A stretch of 64,000 bases of DNA from a virus. This document shows positions 1 through 9,477 of the stretch, one piece after another. The stretch's first letter is position 1. Each line of letters opens with the position of its first letter. The stretch lies in IMG/VR virus record IMGVR_UViG_3300010401_000003, positions 9,645-73,644 of that record; one strand, 5' to 3'. The position numbers and the translations under genes were made by a program. The notes under the pieces are model-generated. The model saw only the letters and a list, made by a program, of their open reading frames with translations, was not told the origin of the DNA and made no database searches.

Positions 1-1
1 C

Positions 2-391
2 GTGACGCTGCCGCTCACCTACGCCGTGCTCAATTCGATGGTGAGCAAACCCGTCAAGTGGCCGAGCCAAGTGCGCTGCATGACCGACTCGAAGATCCGC
101 GCCGGCAGGAAACGCGGCGCCGGCCACGGGTACACGTACACGAGCGGCCCGCGGCGCAATACGATTTGGCTCAATCACTACATGACCGAAGCCGGTTACT
201 GGCTGGTCTTCACGCACGAGAATCTCCACCACGCCTTCCCCGATGCGAGCGAAGACGAGATCAACTGCTCGCAATTGCCTTACGTTTTCGAGGAAGTGTT
301 CGGGCGCAAATGGCCGGGGCACGAGTGGGCGCGGAGCCAAGGCGTCGGCTCGCCGCAACCTGGCACCGGAGACCGAAGCTATTGTCGGTGA
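2..391 (+). CDS. Putative zinc metallopeptidase-like protein (5'-truncated by window edge)
   Basis: HExxH-like motif THENLHH followed by a downstream E (EDEIN); stop overlaps the next GTG start. Confidence 0.45.
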   Translation: MTLPLTYAVLNSMVSKPVKWPSQVRCMTDSKIRAGRKRGAGHGYTYTSGPRRNTIWLNHYMTEAGYWLVFTHENLHHAFPDASEDEINCSQLPYVFEEVFGRKWPGHEWARSQGVGSPQPGTGDRSYCR

Positions 392-747
392 AAGCCGCTG
401 GCCTCTTCGTCGCCGCTCGCTCGACGCGCGCGCACCTCTTCGTGCAAAACAGCACGACCGGCTGGTGGGAATCGACGGGCGGCCATATCGAGCGCGGCGA
501 AACGGCCATGATGGCCGCGATTCGCGAATTCTGGGAAGAGACCGGCTACCGGGGCTCGCTCACGATCGAAGACCACAACTATCAAGTCGGAGAGTTTCTG
601 CTGTTCGATGGCTGGATCCCGGTCGAGTTTTCGCCGGTGCTCAGCGTCGAGCATCGCGCGTATGCTTGGCGCCACCTCGACCACCCGCCTCGCCCGCTCC
701 ATCCGGGGCTCGAGGCCGTCATCCGGGAGAAGGGCTATGCTGTTTGA
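388..747 (+). CDS. NUDIX hydrolase
   Basis: Nudix box GGHIERGETAMMAAIREFWEETG. Start reassigned to GTG at 388 (GTGA overlap with upstream stop). Confidence 0.85.
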   Translation: MKAAGLFVAARSTRAHLFVQNSTTGWWESTGGHIERGETAMMAAIREFWEETGYRGSLTIEDHNYQVGEFLLFDGWIPVEFSPVLSVEHRAYAWRHLDHPPRPLHPGLEAVIREKGYAV

Positions 748-997
748 TGTCCACGTCGATCTGATCAAGAAAATGGCGCGCGACGTCGGCATCGGAAAGC
801 GCGACGCCGAAATCAAAGCCGTGAAGCTCGGCCCGAACGAAGTCACTTACGTCGGAGCCAAGAGCGAAGATGGGTTACAGTTCGTGAAGGATTTGCGGGA
901 CGGGTACAAGCTGCCGCTCATCGAGTACTCGCCCGATGACGACGACGAAGATTTCGACGGGGACGACGATGACGACGGAGACGACGACTCGGAGTAG
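737..997 (+). CDS. Hypothetical protein with acidic C-terminal tail
   Basis: ATG at 737 (MLFDVHV) after GGGAGAAGGG; ends in a poly-Asp/Glu tail. Confidence 0.6.
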   Translation: MLFDVHVDLIKKMARDVGIGKRDAEIKAVKLGPNEVTYVGAKSEDGLQFVKDLRDGYKLPLIEYSPDDDDEDFDGDDDDDGDDDSE

Positions 998-1183
998 CTA
1001 CGCGAACCGGATCGTCTTTCTGGCGATCGGATGCGGCTACGTCTGGGATGGCGTCGTCTGTAAGAGCGTCGGACAAGCCGTAGTCGACTGGTGCTTTTCG
1101 ACCGTGCTCTTGTCGTTTCTGATCCTGGACGTGTTTCTCGGCGAGTAGCTACTCGAAGCCGCGACGCGGCTTCAGGCGTCGCC

Positions 1184-1789
1184 TCACGTGCTGCCGCGCA
1201 CGGGCAAGAGCGCGCGGATCGGGTGCTGGGTCAAAACCGGCTGGGCGCGGCCCACGGTCGCAGGCAGCGGGCCGCGGAAGGCCGCGAGCTCGGCGTTGGT
1301 CGCCGCGTCGGGTGTCCACGCTCCGTTTGAATAGCGGTAGAAGCCGCAATCCATTTTCGAAAACGCGCGCGCGCTCGGGTCGGAGGTGAATTCCGATTTC
1401 GCGGCCGTCCAGGTCGAGACGGCTTGGTTTTCCACGTACCAGAGGTGATATCCCTTCGCTTGCTCGAAGGCGGTGAGCTCCTCGAAGGAAGCGCAAGCGG
1501 CCGCGGCAGGGGCGCTCTCTTTCTTCAACGCCCAGGCGACGCCGAAGACCACCACCGCGCCGATCGCGATCGCGAGGAGCGTGCCAGCCGGATCGGCATT
1601 CTCCAACATGGCTTCGTCGTCCTTGCCTTCGCGGCGCAGGGCCGCGCGGCGCTCGGCGGCGCTCATCTTGTGGTACCAGAGCGCGCCGCACACCGCGCCC
1701 GGGTTTCGCGCAGAGCGTGAAGCGCCGCGCACGCAATCGCGCATCCACTTCTTGGGCGGACGCCGCGGGTTTTCCTGTGCCGCAGTCAT
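1184..1789 (-). CDS. Membrane protein with basic N-terminal NP-motif segment (putative virion protein)
   Basis: ATG at 1789 overlaps upstream stop (TGATG). MTAAQENPRR..ARNPG..MLENADP, then TM helix LLAIAIGAVVVFGVAWAL. Confidence 0.65.
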   Translation of the reverse strand: MTAAQENPRRPPKKWMRDCVRGASRSARNPGAVCGALWYHKMSAAERRAALRREGKDDEAMLENADPAGTLLAIAIGAVVVFGVAWALKKESAPAAAACASFEELTAFEQAKGYHLWYVENQAVSTWTAAKSEFTSDPSARAFSKMDCGFYRYSNGAWTPDAATNAELAAFRGPLPATVGRAQPVLTQHPIRALLPVRGST

Positions 1790-2367
1790 CACAGAATCTT
1801 TTCGACCAGCGCGTAAGACAATCCGCCGAGCGCCGTCGCTGTGCCGGTCGCGCCGGTCACGCGAAGCTTGACGGTTTGGCCCGCGCTTCCCGTCGTCACG
1901 AAGGTCTCCGCCGTCGGTTGCGGCTGCACGCTGTTGGTGTTCGTGACCGGAGTCAGATACGCGCCGTGGCCCGCATGGATCGGCAGGTTGGTGATCGCGT
2001 CGACCCACTCGATGCCGAAATTGACGGTTTCTCCGCTGAAGGTCGAAAGCGCGAAGTGCGCGCTCAGTCGAAAGGTGCCGCTCGGGCCGAGGGTGAAGAT
2101 CCCCGTCGCGGGGTTGTACGCTATGTCGCCGAAGCCGGCGTCGTCGAAGCGAATGTCGGTGTTGTTCGCGAGGAGCTGTCCCGGGCCGAGCGCGTTGTAC
2201 TCGGTTTGCACGAAGTTGCCGCTCTGCGACGGATGCGACGACTGACCGGACGATCCACCTTGCAGCGATTCGACCGCGTCGCTGATTTTCTGCGCCCAGT
2301 TTCCGGCCGGCGAGGAAAGCTGAAGTTGTCCGCCGACGGCTTTCAACGCGTCTCTGATCAGGCCCAT
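1789..2367 (-). CDS. Spike/fibre-head protein with QLQLSSP adaptor and C1q/BclA-like beta domain
   Basis: N-terminus IRDALKAVGGQLQLSSPAGNW; C-terminal YNPATGIFTL..VKLRVTGATGTA; paralog of 23713-24333. Confidence 0.6.
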   Translation of the reverse strand: MGLIRDALKAVGGQLQLSSPAGNWAQKISDAVESLQGGSSGQSSHPSQSGNFVQTEYNALGPGQLLANNTDIRFDDAGFGDIAYNPATGIFTLGPSGTFRLSAHFALSTFSGETVNFGIEWVDAITNLPIHAGHGAYLTPVTNTNSVQPQPTAETFVTTGSAGQTVKLRVTGATGTATALGGLSYALVEKIL

Positions 2368-2371
2368 GTGC

Positions 2372-2656
2372 TCAACTCCCTTTCCAAAACCAGTACGCCA
2401 ATCCTACCAGCACCGCGACCACTCCGATCGCCGCGGGCGATAGGCCCGCGCCCGAAGTCTTCGGGGAGGCCGAAGGGTTGGGCGATGGAGAAAGACCAGA
2501 GGCAGGGAGGGGGGAAGAGCCGGTCGTGCCCATGAAGTCGGGCGGAAGAATCACGCTCTTCGCACATTGTCCTACCGCAGCGAGATTGCCGGAGCTCGAG
2601 AGTACTCGCCGCCCCTGCCGCGGAACGATCGCTTGGATTGGGTGAAAACCCAACAT
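2372..2656 (-). CDS. Small tail-anchored membrane protein
   Basis: AAVGQ motif, Ser/Pro-rich linker, C-terminal TM AAIGVVAVLVGLAYWFWK. Confidence 0.6.
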   Translation of the reverse strand: MLGFHPIQAIVPRQGRRVLSSSGNLAAVGQCAKSVILPPDFMGTTGSSPLPASGLSPSPNPSASPKTSGAGLSPAAIGVVAVLVGLAYWFWKGS

Positions 2657-2657
2657 T

Positions 2658-3431
2658 TCAGCCTACGTAGCACGCCGAGTCGGGTGCTTTGGGGTCGATC
2701 GCGTTCCAGCGGGCGGCGAGCGTCGCGATGAGAGCTGCAGGCATGACTGCCTTGGCCTGGTAGATGTGATCGGCCGTGCCCATCGGTATGTCCCTGTTTT
2801 CAAAGCCGTAAATGATGAGACCGCCGCGGCGGCGCGGAGGCTTTGAGGGTGGGATTGGGTAGGCGACGGTGCGATCCGGCCCGGTCACCGGTCCGCCTTG
2901 CACGTGGACGCTGGTCGGGAGGATCGGCAAGACCGGCGCTTTGGGGTCTTCCGAGGGCGCCAGGCCGCCGCTCAGCGTTTTCCAGAGCCAATCCGCGGTT
3001 TCGGTCGTGCTCGCGTAAGTGGGTTTTACGGCCGAATGGGTGATGGTGAAGAGGCGCTCGTTGAGAAACGCGAGCTTGGCGAAGTTCAGCCAATTGGTCA
3101 TCGCGGCGGGGGTGATGGGTTTTCCCGTGTGGATTCCATCGATTGCCACCGCCGCGTCCAAATGGCCGCCATCGCTCGAGGCCAAGAGCGAATGCACGCC
3201 TTGACACGAGGCAGAAAACCCCAGCGTCGCAATCCGCAGCGGCGTCACCCCGGGCGCGAATTTCGCGACGATCGCTCGTACCGGGGATGGCGAGGAATAG
3301 CTTGCGAGCGGTTGCCCCCAGCTCGCCGGATTCGGCAGCACCAGAAAACGCGTCGGCCGCTGAAACGCGGCCTTGGCCGCCTCGGGAAATCCAGAGTGCG
3401 CCCAGGCAATCACGATGTCCGCGTCGGCCAT
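2658..3431 (-). CDS. Alpha/beta-hydrolase-like protein
   Basis: Nucleophile elbow-like LGFSASCQGV, then AVAIDGIH and a late DH. Start reassigned to MADAD at 3431. Confidence 0.5.
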   Translation of the reverse strand: MADADIVIAWAHSGFPEAAKAAFQRPTRFLVLPNPASWGQPLASYSSPSPVRAIVAKFAPGVTPLRIATLGFSASCQGVHSLLASSDGGHLDAAVAIDGIHTGKPITPAAMTNWLNFAKLAFLNERLFTITHSAVKPTYASTTETADWLWKTLSGGLAPSEDPKAPVLPILPTSVHVQGGPVTGPDRTVAYPIPPSKPPRRRGGLIIYGFENRDIPMGTADHIYQAKAVMPAALIATLAARWNAIDPKAPDSACYVG

Positions 3432-3442
3432 CGAAGAGAAGG

Positions 3443-5284
3443 TTACCGCTTTTTCCGGCGGTTCGGAAGGCGGCGCCGGCGGCGCGGCGCGGGCGGCGGC
3501 GGCAATGGGTCCTTCGCGCGCTCGGCGCCGACCGCTAAAATTGCAATGAGCGCGAGCGCGAAGGCGCCCGCGGCCAGCCATTTCACCCAACGGAGGTCTT
3601 CGGCCGGCTTTTCTTCGGCGACCGGGATCGCGGCGAGCTCGCGGGTCACCACGGGTAATGCTGCTCGCAACGTCTCGGGCACCGGCAACGTCACCGCCGC
3701 CGGGATCTTCGGCACGCGCGCGAAGCGCTCGCGACTGAACGGATCCGCATAGCCGAACGGGATCCGCTCGAGCGGATCGGCGTAGTGCCAGCGCCCGTCC
3801 GCCCAAACAGCGACCAGAATGCGCTCGTCGCGGATTTGATAGGTGTGCGCCACGATCGCCGCATGAAGGCCCGCATCGATGTAGCCCGCGGCGAGCAAGC
3901 TCGAGAGTTGGAGGTCCGATCCGGGACTGCCGCGCACGGCGTCGAGGAGCTCCGCGGCGCGCTTGGTTTCGCTCTTCACTTTTCGCGCGTAGTAACGGCC
4001 CCACTCGAGGACATCGAGACGCTCTGCCTCGAGCGCGGACTTTTCAGCGATCGCGTCGACATCGGCAGCTGGCGCGGTTTCTCCATAGGTGTCGATCGGG
4101 GCGAAGTAGAACGATCCGCCTCCGGCGGCCGTCGAGCTCGACGACGGCGCGATCGGTTTTGGTTTGGTCGGTACGATCGGTTTCGGTTTGGGCGGCGTCG
4201 GAGGCGTCGGAGGCGTGAGACTGATGAGTGCGCCGGTTTGCGCAAAGGACGCGGACAGTGTGCCGGCGATGTCTGTGCGGGTCGTCAGATCGCCGGATTG
4301 ACCAAAGCTTGCGGCCGTTACAGCCGCGAACGCACCGACGCCCGCGAGCGTGGCCGATTGAGAGAAGAGCGCGGCGGAGACGGCGACGAGCGGCGCCTCC
4401 GCAGTTAAATCGCCCGTTTCTCCGAAAAGCGCGGCCGACGTCGTCAGAAGCGCGCCGGCCGCGTCGAGTGCGCCACTCTCGCTAAAGGTCGCGGCGGTCA
4501 AAGTCAGAAGCGCGCCGGCGCCGCTGAGATCGCCGGATTCGAGGAAAGTCGCCGCGGCCTGTCCGAGAAGGGCGGTGTTCGAGAGAGAGGCGGTCTGATC
4601 GAAGATCGCGGCGGCGGACGCTAAGAGAGCGCCAGACGCTTCTAGAGTCGCTGATTGAGAGAAGAGCGCGGAGGAGAGGCTCGCGAGGTCGCCTGCGCCG
4701 GCGAGCGCGCCCGTTTGGCCGAACAAAGCCGAGGTGATGCCTGCGAATGGTCCCGTCCCGGTCAGCGACTCCGTTTGACCGAAGACGGCGGAGATCGAGC
4801 CGGCGAGGGCGCCCGCGGCCGTGAGATTGCCGGTCTGGGAAAAGGTGGCTGGGTTATTTGCGGCGAGCGCGCCGGAGGCCGTGAGAGCGCCAGTCTGGTT
4901 AAACGCGGCGGGGGTCGTTCCTGCGAGTGCCCCGGAGCCGGTCAGATTTCCCGTTTGATTGAATGCGGCCGAGCTCGTCGCGGACAACGCGCCCGCTCCG
5001 GTCAAATTGCCGGTTTGCGCGAAAGTCGCGGCGTTGGTGGCGGCGAGGGCGCCGGTGCCGCTCAAAGATCCGGATTGGCCAAAGACCGCGTCGCTTACCG
5101 CTGCGAGCGCGCCGGCTCCGGCCAGGTTTCCGGTTTGGCCAAAGAGCGCATCGGAAGTCGCAGAGAGCGAGTTGTCTCCGGAAAGGGAAAGGCCCGTCGC
5201 CAGCGGATGAATGACGTTGGAAATCGCGATCGCGGTCCGCGATCCCGGCACCAGCGAAACTATCGGGCGAAACGCCGCAGGCAT
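3443..5284 (-). CDS. Repeat-stalk protein with inactive transglutaminase-like domain and C-terminal TM anchor
   Basis: About 16 x 20-aa repeats, a Pro linker, DGRWHYADP domain aligning with 40533-41279, a TM helix and an Arg-rich tail. Confidence 0.65.
   Translation of the reverse strand: MPAAFRPIVSLVPGSRTAIAISNVIHPLATGLSLSGDNSLSATSDALFGQTGNLAGAGALAAVSDAVFGQSGSLSGTGALAATNAATFAQTGNLTGAGALSATSSAAFNQTGNLTGSGALAGTTPAAFNQTGALTASGALAANNPATFSQTGNLTAAGALAGSISAVFGQTESLTGTGPFAGITSALFGQTGALAGAGDLASLSSALFSQSATLEASGALLASAAAIFDQTASLSNTALLGQAAATFLESGDLSGAGALLTLTAATFSESGALDAAGALLTTSAALFGETGDLTAEAPLVAVSAALFSQSATLAGVGAFAAVTAASFGQSGDLTTRTDIAGTLSASFAQTGALISLTPPTPPTPPKPKPIVPTKPKPIAPSSSSTAAGGGSFYFAPIDTYGETAPAADVDAIAEKSALEAERLDVLEWGRYYARKVKSETKRAAELLDAVRGSPGSDLQLSSLLAAGYIDAGLHAAIVAHTYQIRDERILVAVWADGRWHYADPLERIPFGYADPFSRERFARVPKIPAAVTLPVPETLRAALPVVTRELAAIPVAEEKPAEDLRWVKWLAAGAFALALIAILAVGAERAKDPLPPPPAPRRRRRLPNRRKKR
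4220..5190 (-). repeat. Tandem ~60-bp (20-aa) coding repeat LxGxGALxxxxxAxFxQTGx, ~16 copies
   Basis: Counted directly in the translation. Confidence 0.85.
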
Positions 5285-5299
5285 GGCCGCGTCAGCCTA

Positions 5300-6073
5300 T
5301 CAGTTGCGTGATGCGTACATCATCCACTGCGGAGTCAAGGTGTTCGAGGCGCTCGAGGTGCCCCAGATCACCGAGACACTCAAGCCCTGCGCGACCGTCT
5401 GATCGATGGTCGTCGGAATGAGGCCGCCAAAAACGCAGGTGGCCACCGTGGTCGCCGCAGCTGCGCCGGCACAGATCACAAATCCCGACCCGGTGATGGT
5501 CGCCGTGCTCGCGGCGACTCCAATTGAGCGGCAACCAAAGATTCCGGAGCCGTGGAAAGGCTGGGCTGTGAATGTGCCCAGCGTCATCGTCGGCCCAACG
5601 CCGAGGTCGACTCCGGTCGGCGGCGCGGCGTTATTCGTGCCGCAGCGGGCGCGAAAGCTGATCGCCGGTGTGCCGGTCGTCCCGTGCACGCCGCCGAAGT
5701 CGAGTTGCCAGGCACGGCCGCTTCGGATTTCGCCCACGGGGAGCGGCGCGAGAACGCCCGGATCCCAAAGGTTGGTTTCGGTGACCGTCGTGTTGATCGC
5801 TGCGCGGAGCGAAGCGGAAGGAAACTCGGTGTAGTCGCTCGAGGTGAAGCCCTGCTTCGAGCACAGCGCTTCGGAGAAGCGCTCTTCCTGCATACGAGCG
5901 AGGATTTTTTTGACCTGCTCCGGTGCGCGATCGAAGAGCCATGCGCGATGATACGGCCCGAACATCACGCCAGCGGCTTGCTCGCGCTCGATCGCCCAAC
6001 GGGGATCGAACTCTCGAGTTATTTTTTCGAGGTCGATCCCGTGTTCGTGGCTGACTAGCTCGATGAGGCGCAT
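5300..6073 (-). CDS. Putative virion structural protein (beta-rich C-terminal domain)
   Basis: Gly/Thr/Ala-rich beta-strand pattern within the fibre cluster; likely start MRLIELV at 6073. Confidence 0.5.
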   Translation of the reverse strand: MRLIELVSHEHGIDLEKITREFDPRWAIEREQAAGVMFGPYHRAWLFDRAPEQVKKILARMQEERFSEALCSKQGFTSSDYTEFPSASLRAAINTTVTETNLWDPGVLAPLPVGEIRSGRAWQLDFGGVHGTTGTPAISFRARCGTNNAAPPTGVDLGVGPTMTLGTFTAQPFHGSGIFGCRSIGVAASTATITGSGFVICAGAAAATTVATCVFGGLIPTTIDQTVAQGLSVSVIWGTSSASNTLTPQWMMYASRN

Positions 6074-6074
6074 G

Positions 6075-6523
6075 TCAATCCACGGTGCAAACGAGAGCAC
6101 CGATCGCGAACGATGGGGTGATGCCGGGGTTTATGACGAGCGAGGCCGTCAGCGCGCCGTACCAGAGCATTTCACCCGCGCCGCTCGTGTCGCGGCCGAC
6201 GTTGAAGTGCGTCATGGTCTGCGGGCCGCTTCCCGCCGACGCGTAGGTGATTGCGGCGACGTTTGCCGACTGCGTCGGGGCCGTGCCCGACACAGTCCAG
6301 CCGCCCGCCGAGCGCGCCACGGGCACGCGGGCGTAGTTGGTCCAGGTCGCTTCGTTGGTGAGCTGGGTGCCGGTTTCGCCCGGGTCGGCGGTTTGAAGCC
6401 CTATGAAGAACGATCCGGCCGTGGTGCTTCGCGGAGCCCCGTGGCATCGCCGAGGTTTGCCCAGTTGGTGTTGTTGAAGATCAACAACATCAGGTCGTTC
6501 TCGGCGGCGTTTCCTAAGCTCAT
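6075..6523 (-). pseudogene. Conserved phage fibre-associated structural protein, split by a 1-nt deletion near 6430
   Basis: ATG 6523 gives MSLGNAAENDLMLLIFNNTNWANLGDATGLR; the -1 frame continues (G)STTAGSFFIGLQTADPGE..NEATWTNYARVPVARS, a familiar phage protein pattern. ATGA overlap with the upstream gene. Confidence 0.7.
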
Positions 6524-6807
6524 GATTTGGCTCCCAGGTCAGCTTCACGAACGAGCCTGTCGACTTCGGCCCAGAGATCCTTCCCATGTTTCTTCTGCCG
6601 GTAATGCACGTCGTCCGGATCTTCGCCACTGGCGGCGGGAGGGGTCGGCAACTGTGCATGGAGCGCCTCGAACACCTTGGTGCGCGTGGCGCGCACGAGC
6701 GCCTCTTCTAGCGGCAGGTCGCCATGGACGCGGCGATCGCGCTCGTGCTTCATGATCTCGGCCTGATAGAGAGATTGGACGTCCGCCTCGGTGAGGGTGT
6801 GCTTCAT
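6520..6807 (-). CDS. Hypothetical protein
   Basis: MKHTLTE start at 6807; translationally coupled at both ends. Confidence 0.55.
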   Translation of the reverse strand: MKHTLTEADVQSLYQAEIMKHERDRRVHGDLPLEEALVRATRTKVFEALHAQLPTPPAASGEDPDDVHYRQKKHGKDLWAEVDRLVREADLGAKS

Positions 6808-7058
6808 TTGGGGTGCCTCTTCATTTCTCCGAGCACGAAGGCCGCAACGTCCTTCATGTCGACTCGGCCGTCCTTGGTTTGGCACTTCTCCATGGCTTCG
6901 GTGAGAAGCCTCGAAAGCGCGTCGATCGCAGTCGTGTCTTCCACGATCTGGTCGAGACGCTCGACCGCGGATTTGCCATACAACAGGCGCATCCGCTGGC
7001 GCAGACCCGGCGTCGGGCGGGCGACTCCGGAGAGCACGCCGTTGTCAACGACTTTCAT
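6804..7058 (-). CDS. Hypothetical protein
   Basis: Helical ORF coupled to the downstream gene (ATGA). Confidence 0.55.
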   Translation of the reverse strand: MKVVDNGVLSGVARPTPGLRQRMRLLYGKSAVERLDQIVEDTTAIDALSRLLTEAMEKCQTKDGRVDMKDVAAFVLGEMKRHPK

Positions 7059-7115
7059 CGCCCCAAGAGTAGCCCCATTTCAGTCCGCGTAGCACGCGGT
7101 AATCGGGCTAACCGC

Positions 7116-7496
7116 TCAGCAGCGCTCGATTTTGAAGTCCATGACGATGCCGCCGGCAGTCGGCGCCGCGAAGGCTACCTGAAATCCAATGGTCGCCTTG
7201 GCGGGGATCGCGAATTGCTGCAAGTTGCCCCCGAGCATGGTGCCGATCACGATGTAGTTGGTGTCGGGTTGCACGCAGCCCTCGGGGAACGGCACGAACT
7301 GACTCACCTGTCCGTTGGCGATCGGAACGTGTAGGAGACAGCAGCCGCCCGCCGCGGGCGCGTCATCGCCACCCAGATTGCCGCCACCTAAGCCAGCGAC
7401 CGCTTGAGCCAAACGCATGAGAGCTCGGCCTAGCGGCGATCCAAGCTGCACTTGGCTGCCCACATTTTTGACGATGTCTTCGATTGCTGTTGCCAT
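7116..7496 (-). CDS. Small fibre/spike-like protein with QVQLGSP adaptor
   Basis: N-terminus IEDIVKNVGSQVQLGSPLG; short beta domain; good RBS AAGGGAG. Confidence 0.6.
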   Translation of the reverse strand: MATAIEDIVKNVGSQVQLGSPLGRALMRLAQAVAGLGGGNLGGDDAPAAGGCCLLHVPIANGQVSQFVPFPEGCVQPDTNYIVIGTMLGGNLQQFAIPAKATIGFQVAFAAPTAGGIVMDFKIERC

Positions 7497-7511
7497 GATT
7501 TGTCTCCCTTA

Positions 7512-7811
7512 CTACTTCACCGGCACCGCGACGACCAGCGCGAGAGCGCCGTCCGGATCGTCGTAGGCGAATTTTGGGGTGTCCGAGGGGTCTTCGGGAT
7601 CTCGCGGCAACTCGCGGCGCGCGGCGTTCCAGCCGTCATCGGTGTAAGCGCGGCACTCGCCGGTCGCGTCGATCAGATGCGTGTGAAGGCTTCCCCTGTA
7701 GCCGAGCTCGGCGGCCGCGGCATGCAGGATGTCACTCACGTCGTCGCCATCGAACACGTTCGGGGGGTACGTTTTTCCAACGACTGTGATCGCGTAGGCC
7801 ATGGGTTTCAC
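7512..7811 (-). CDS. Hypothetical protein
   Basis: Coupled (GTGA) to the upstream fibre gene. Confidence 0.5.
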   Translation of the reverse strand: MKPMAYAITVVGKTYPPNVFDGDDVSDILHAAAAELGYRGSLHTHLIDATGECRAYTDDGWNAARRELPRDPEDPSDTPKFAYDDPDGALALVVAVPVK

Positions 7812-9475
7812 CAGTATCCGTACATGTGGATAAAATCCATTTGGTTATTGGTGGCGCCCTTCGAGCTCTGCACGCAGGTCGGACGAAGGTTGGTGGTGTT
7901 GAGCGGCAGCGTCGCGGAAATGTCTGCGTCGTGCACGACGGTGTTGGTAGAACGATTGATCAGCGTCGTGTGGATCTTGGTGTCATTGGGGAGCGCCCAC
8001 ATCTGCACCTCGAACACGCAGGGTCCGGCCGTGTTTGGGTCGCCGGTCACGAGCGAAGCTTTGGTGATGATTGCGGCCGACTTGGTGCTCCCACCGACGT
8101 TGTCAGTGCTGATGACGGTGATGTTGGCGTCTCCGGTGTCGGCTCCATAGACGACCCGGTTACCGCTCGCGCTCGGGTTGGCACCTCCGGCGATCACGGC
8201 GTTGTTGATGCCGATGGAAATGATCGAGTCGGTTTGGATGACCGCGACCGCGAAGCGGAAGCAAACGAAGAACCCACCCACTCCCGCGACGGCACCGCGG
8301 CACATGCCGGGGTCGGTGAAGTTTTGGCCGACGAGAATGTTGGCCGTCGAGGTCGTGGTGTTGTTGCGCGGGCTCGAGGTGCGGAGATCGGTGTTGGTCG
8401 GCGAAACGGTCGTCACGCCGGTCAGGGCGTTCGTGGTGAGACCGAGACTGTCTTGCAGACCGCCGTTGCTGCGCGGGATCACGTAACGAAAAGAACGCGA
8501 CAGGACCGCGGTGCCCACTAACGCTTGAGGGATGCGAGCGAAAGAGGCGGTGGAAGCTCCTGCCTGGAGCGCCGCCGACACCTGCACGTCGTCGGCGTTG
8601 ACGACGACGGAGCCATCGGCGTTTTGGCCGACGTCAAAGGTGCGATTGGCGGAGAGGTCGCCGCCGCCTGTCAGACCCGCTCCAGCTGTCAGCGTGCGCG
8701 CGGGTTGCACGCTGGTCGCTCCGAGCGCGGCTCCCGATTGGATCGCGGCGGACACCTGCACGTCGTTGGCGTTTACGACTACCGAGCCGTCAGCATTTTG
8801 GCCGACGTTGAAGGTGCGATCGGCGGAGAGGTCGCCGCCGCCCGTCAGGCCCGCGCCAGCCGTCAGCGTGCGCGTGTTCGGGACGGAGAAGGCTACGAGA
8901 GAGTCGAGTGCGGCCTTGTCGGCCGCGCTCATGAAGCCCGCGACGAGGTTGGTGGCTATTGCGTGGAGGGCGCCGCCAGAAAGGTTTCCGTGGTTTGCGT
9001 CAGCGATGACGCCCACACGGATGTCGTCCGCGCCGACGATGATCGTGCCGTCGGCGGCGACGATGTTAAACGTGCGATCTGCCGAGAGCTCGCCGCCGCC
9101 GGTCATGCCCGCGCCGGCCGTCAAGGTGCGTGTGACCGGAACGTACGGACCACCCGCGACCAGCGCATCGAGCTGTGCCTTGTCGAGGGCAGACATGAAG
9201 CCAGCGACCAGCGGCGTCGCCAGATCGTGGAGCGTGCCGCCCGGAAGATTTCCGTGCGCGTGGACGTGATCCGCGCGCGACGCAAAGAACGAGTTCCCTC
9301 CGGACCCGACGACCCCAACGGGCATCGCGGAGTTTCCGAACGGAGTCGCTCCGCCCGCAGCGATGATGCCCGCGTCGGCGAGACGCGAAATCAGTTGCAT
9401 CCACACGCCGAGCGGCGACGACAGTTGGATCTGTCCGCTCGTGGCCTTCAGAACGTCTTCGACTAACCCGGACAT
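7808..9475 (-). CDS. Fibre/receptor-binding protein
   Basis: QIQLSSPLGVW adaptor; 3x RTLTAGAGxTGGGxLSAxRTF and 2x AGFMSAxDKAxLD fibre repeats; SRADHVH; beta-rich head. Confidence 0.75.
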   Translation of the reverse strand: MSGLVEDVLKATSGQIQLSSPLGVWMQLISRLADAGIIAAGGATPFGNSAMPVGVVGSGGNSFFASRADHVHAHGNLPGGTLHDLATPLVAGFMSALDKAQLDALVAGGPYVPVTRTLTAGAGMTGGGELSADRTFNIVAADGTIIVGADDIRVGVIADANHGNLSGGALHAIATNLVAGFMSAADKAALDSLVAFSVPNTRTLTAGAGLTGGGDLSADRTFNVGQNADGSVVVNANDVQVSAAIQSGAALGATSVQPARTLTAGAGLTGGGDLSANRTFDVGQNADGSVVVNADDVQVSAALQAGASTASFARIPQALVGTAVLSRSFRYVIPRSNGGLQDSLGLTTNALTGVTTVSPTNTDLRTSSPRNNTTTSTANILVGQNFTDPGMCRGAVAGVGGFFVCFRFAVAVIQTDSIISIGINNAVIAGGANPSASGNRVVYGADTGDANITVISTDNVGGSTKSAAIITKASLVTGDPNTAGPCVFEVQMWALPNDTKIHTTLINRSTNTVVHDADISATLPLNTTNLRPTCVQSSKGATNNQMDFIHMYGYW

Positions 9476-9477
9476 GG

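Noticed and set aside
4220-5190. Regular ~60-bp periodicity as a possible CRISPR array or DGR repeat
   Set aside because: Repeats are degenerate at synonymous positions and in frame within a protein; no unique spacers, cas or reverse transcriptase genes.
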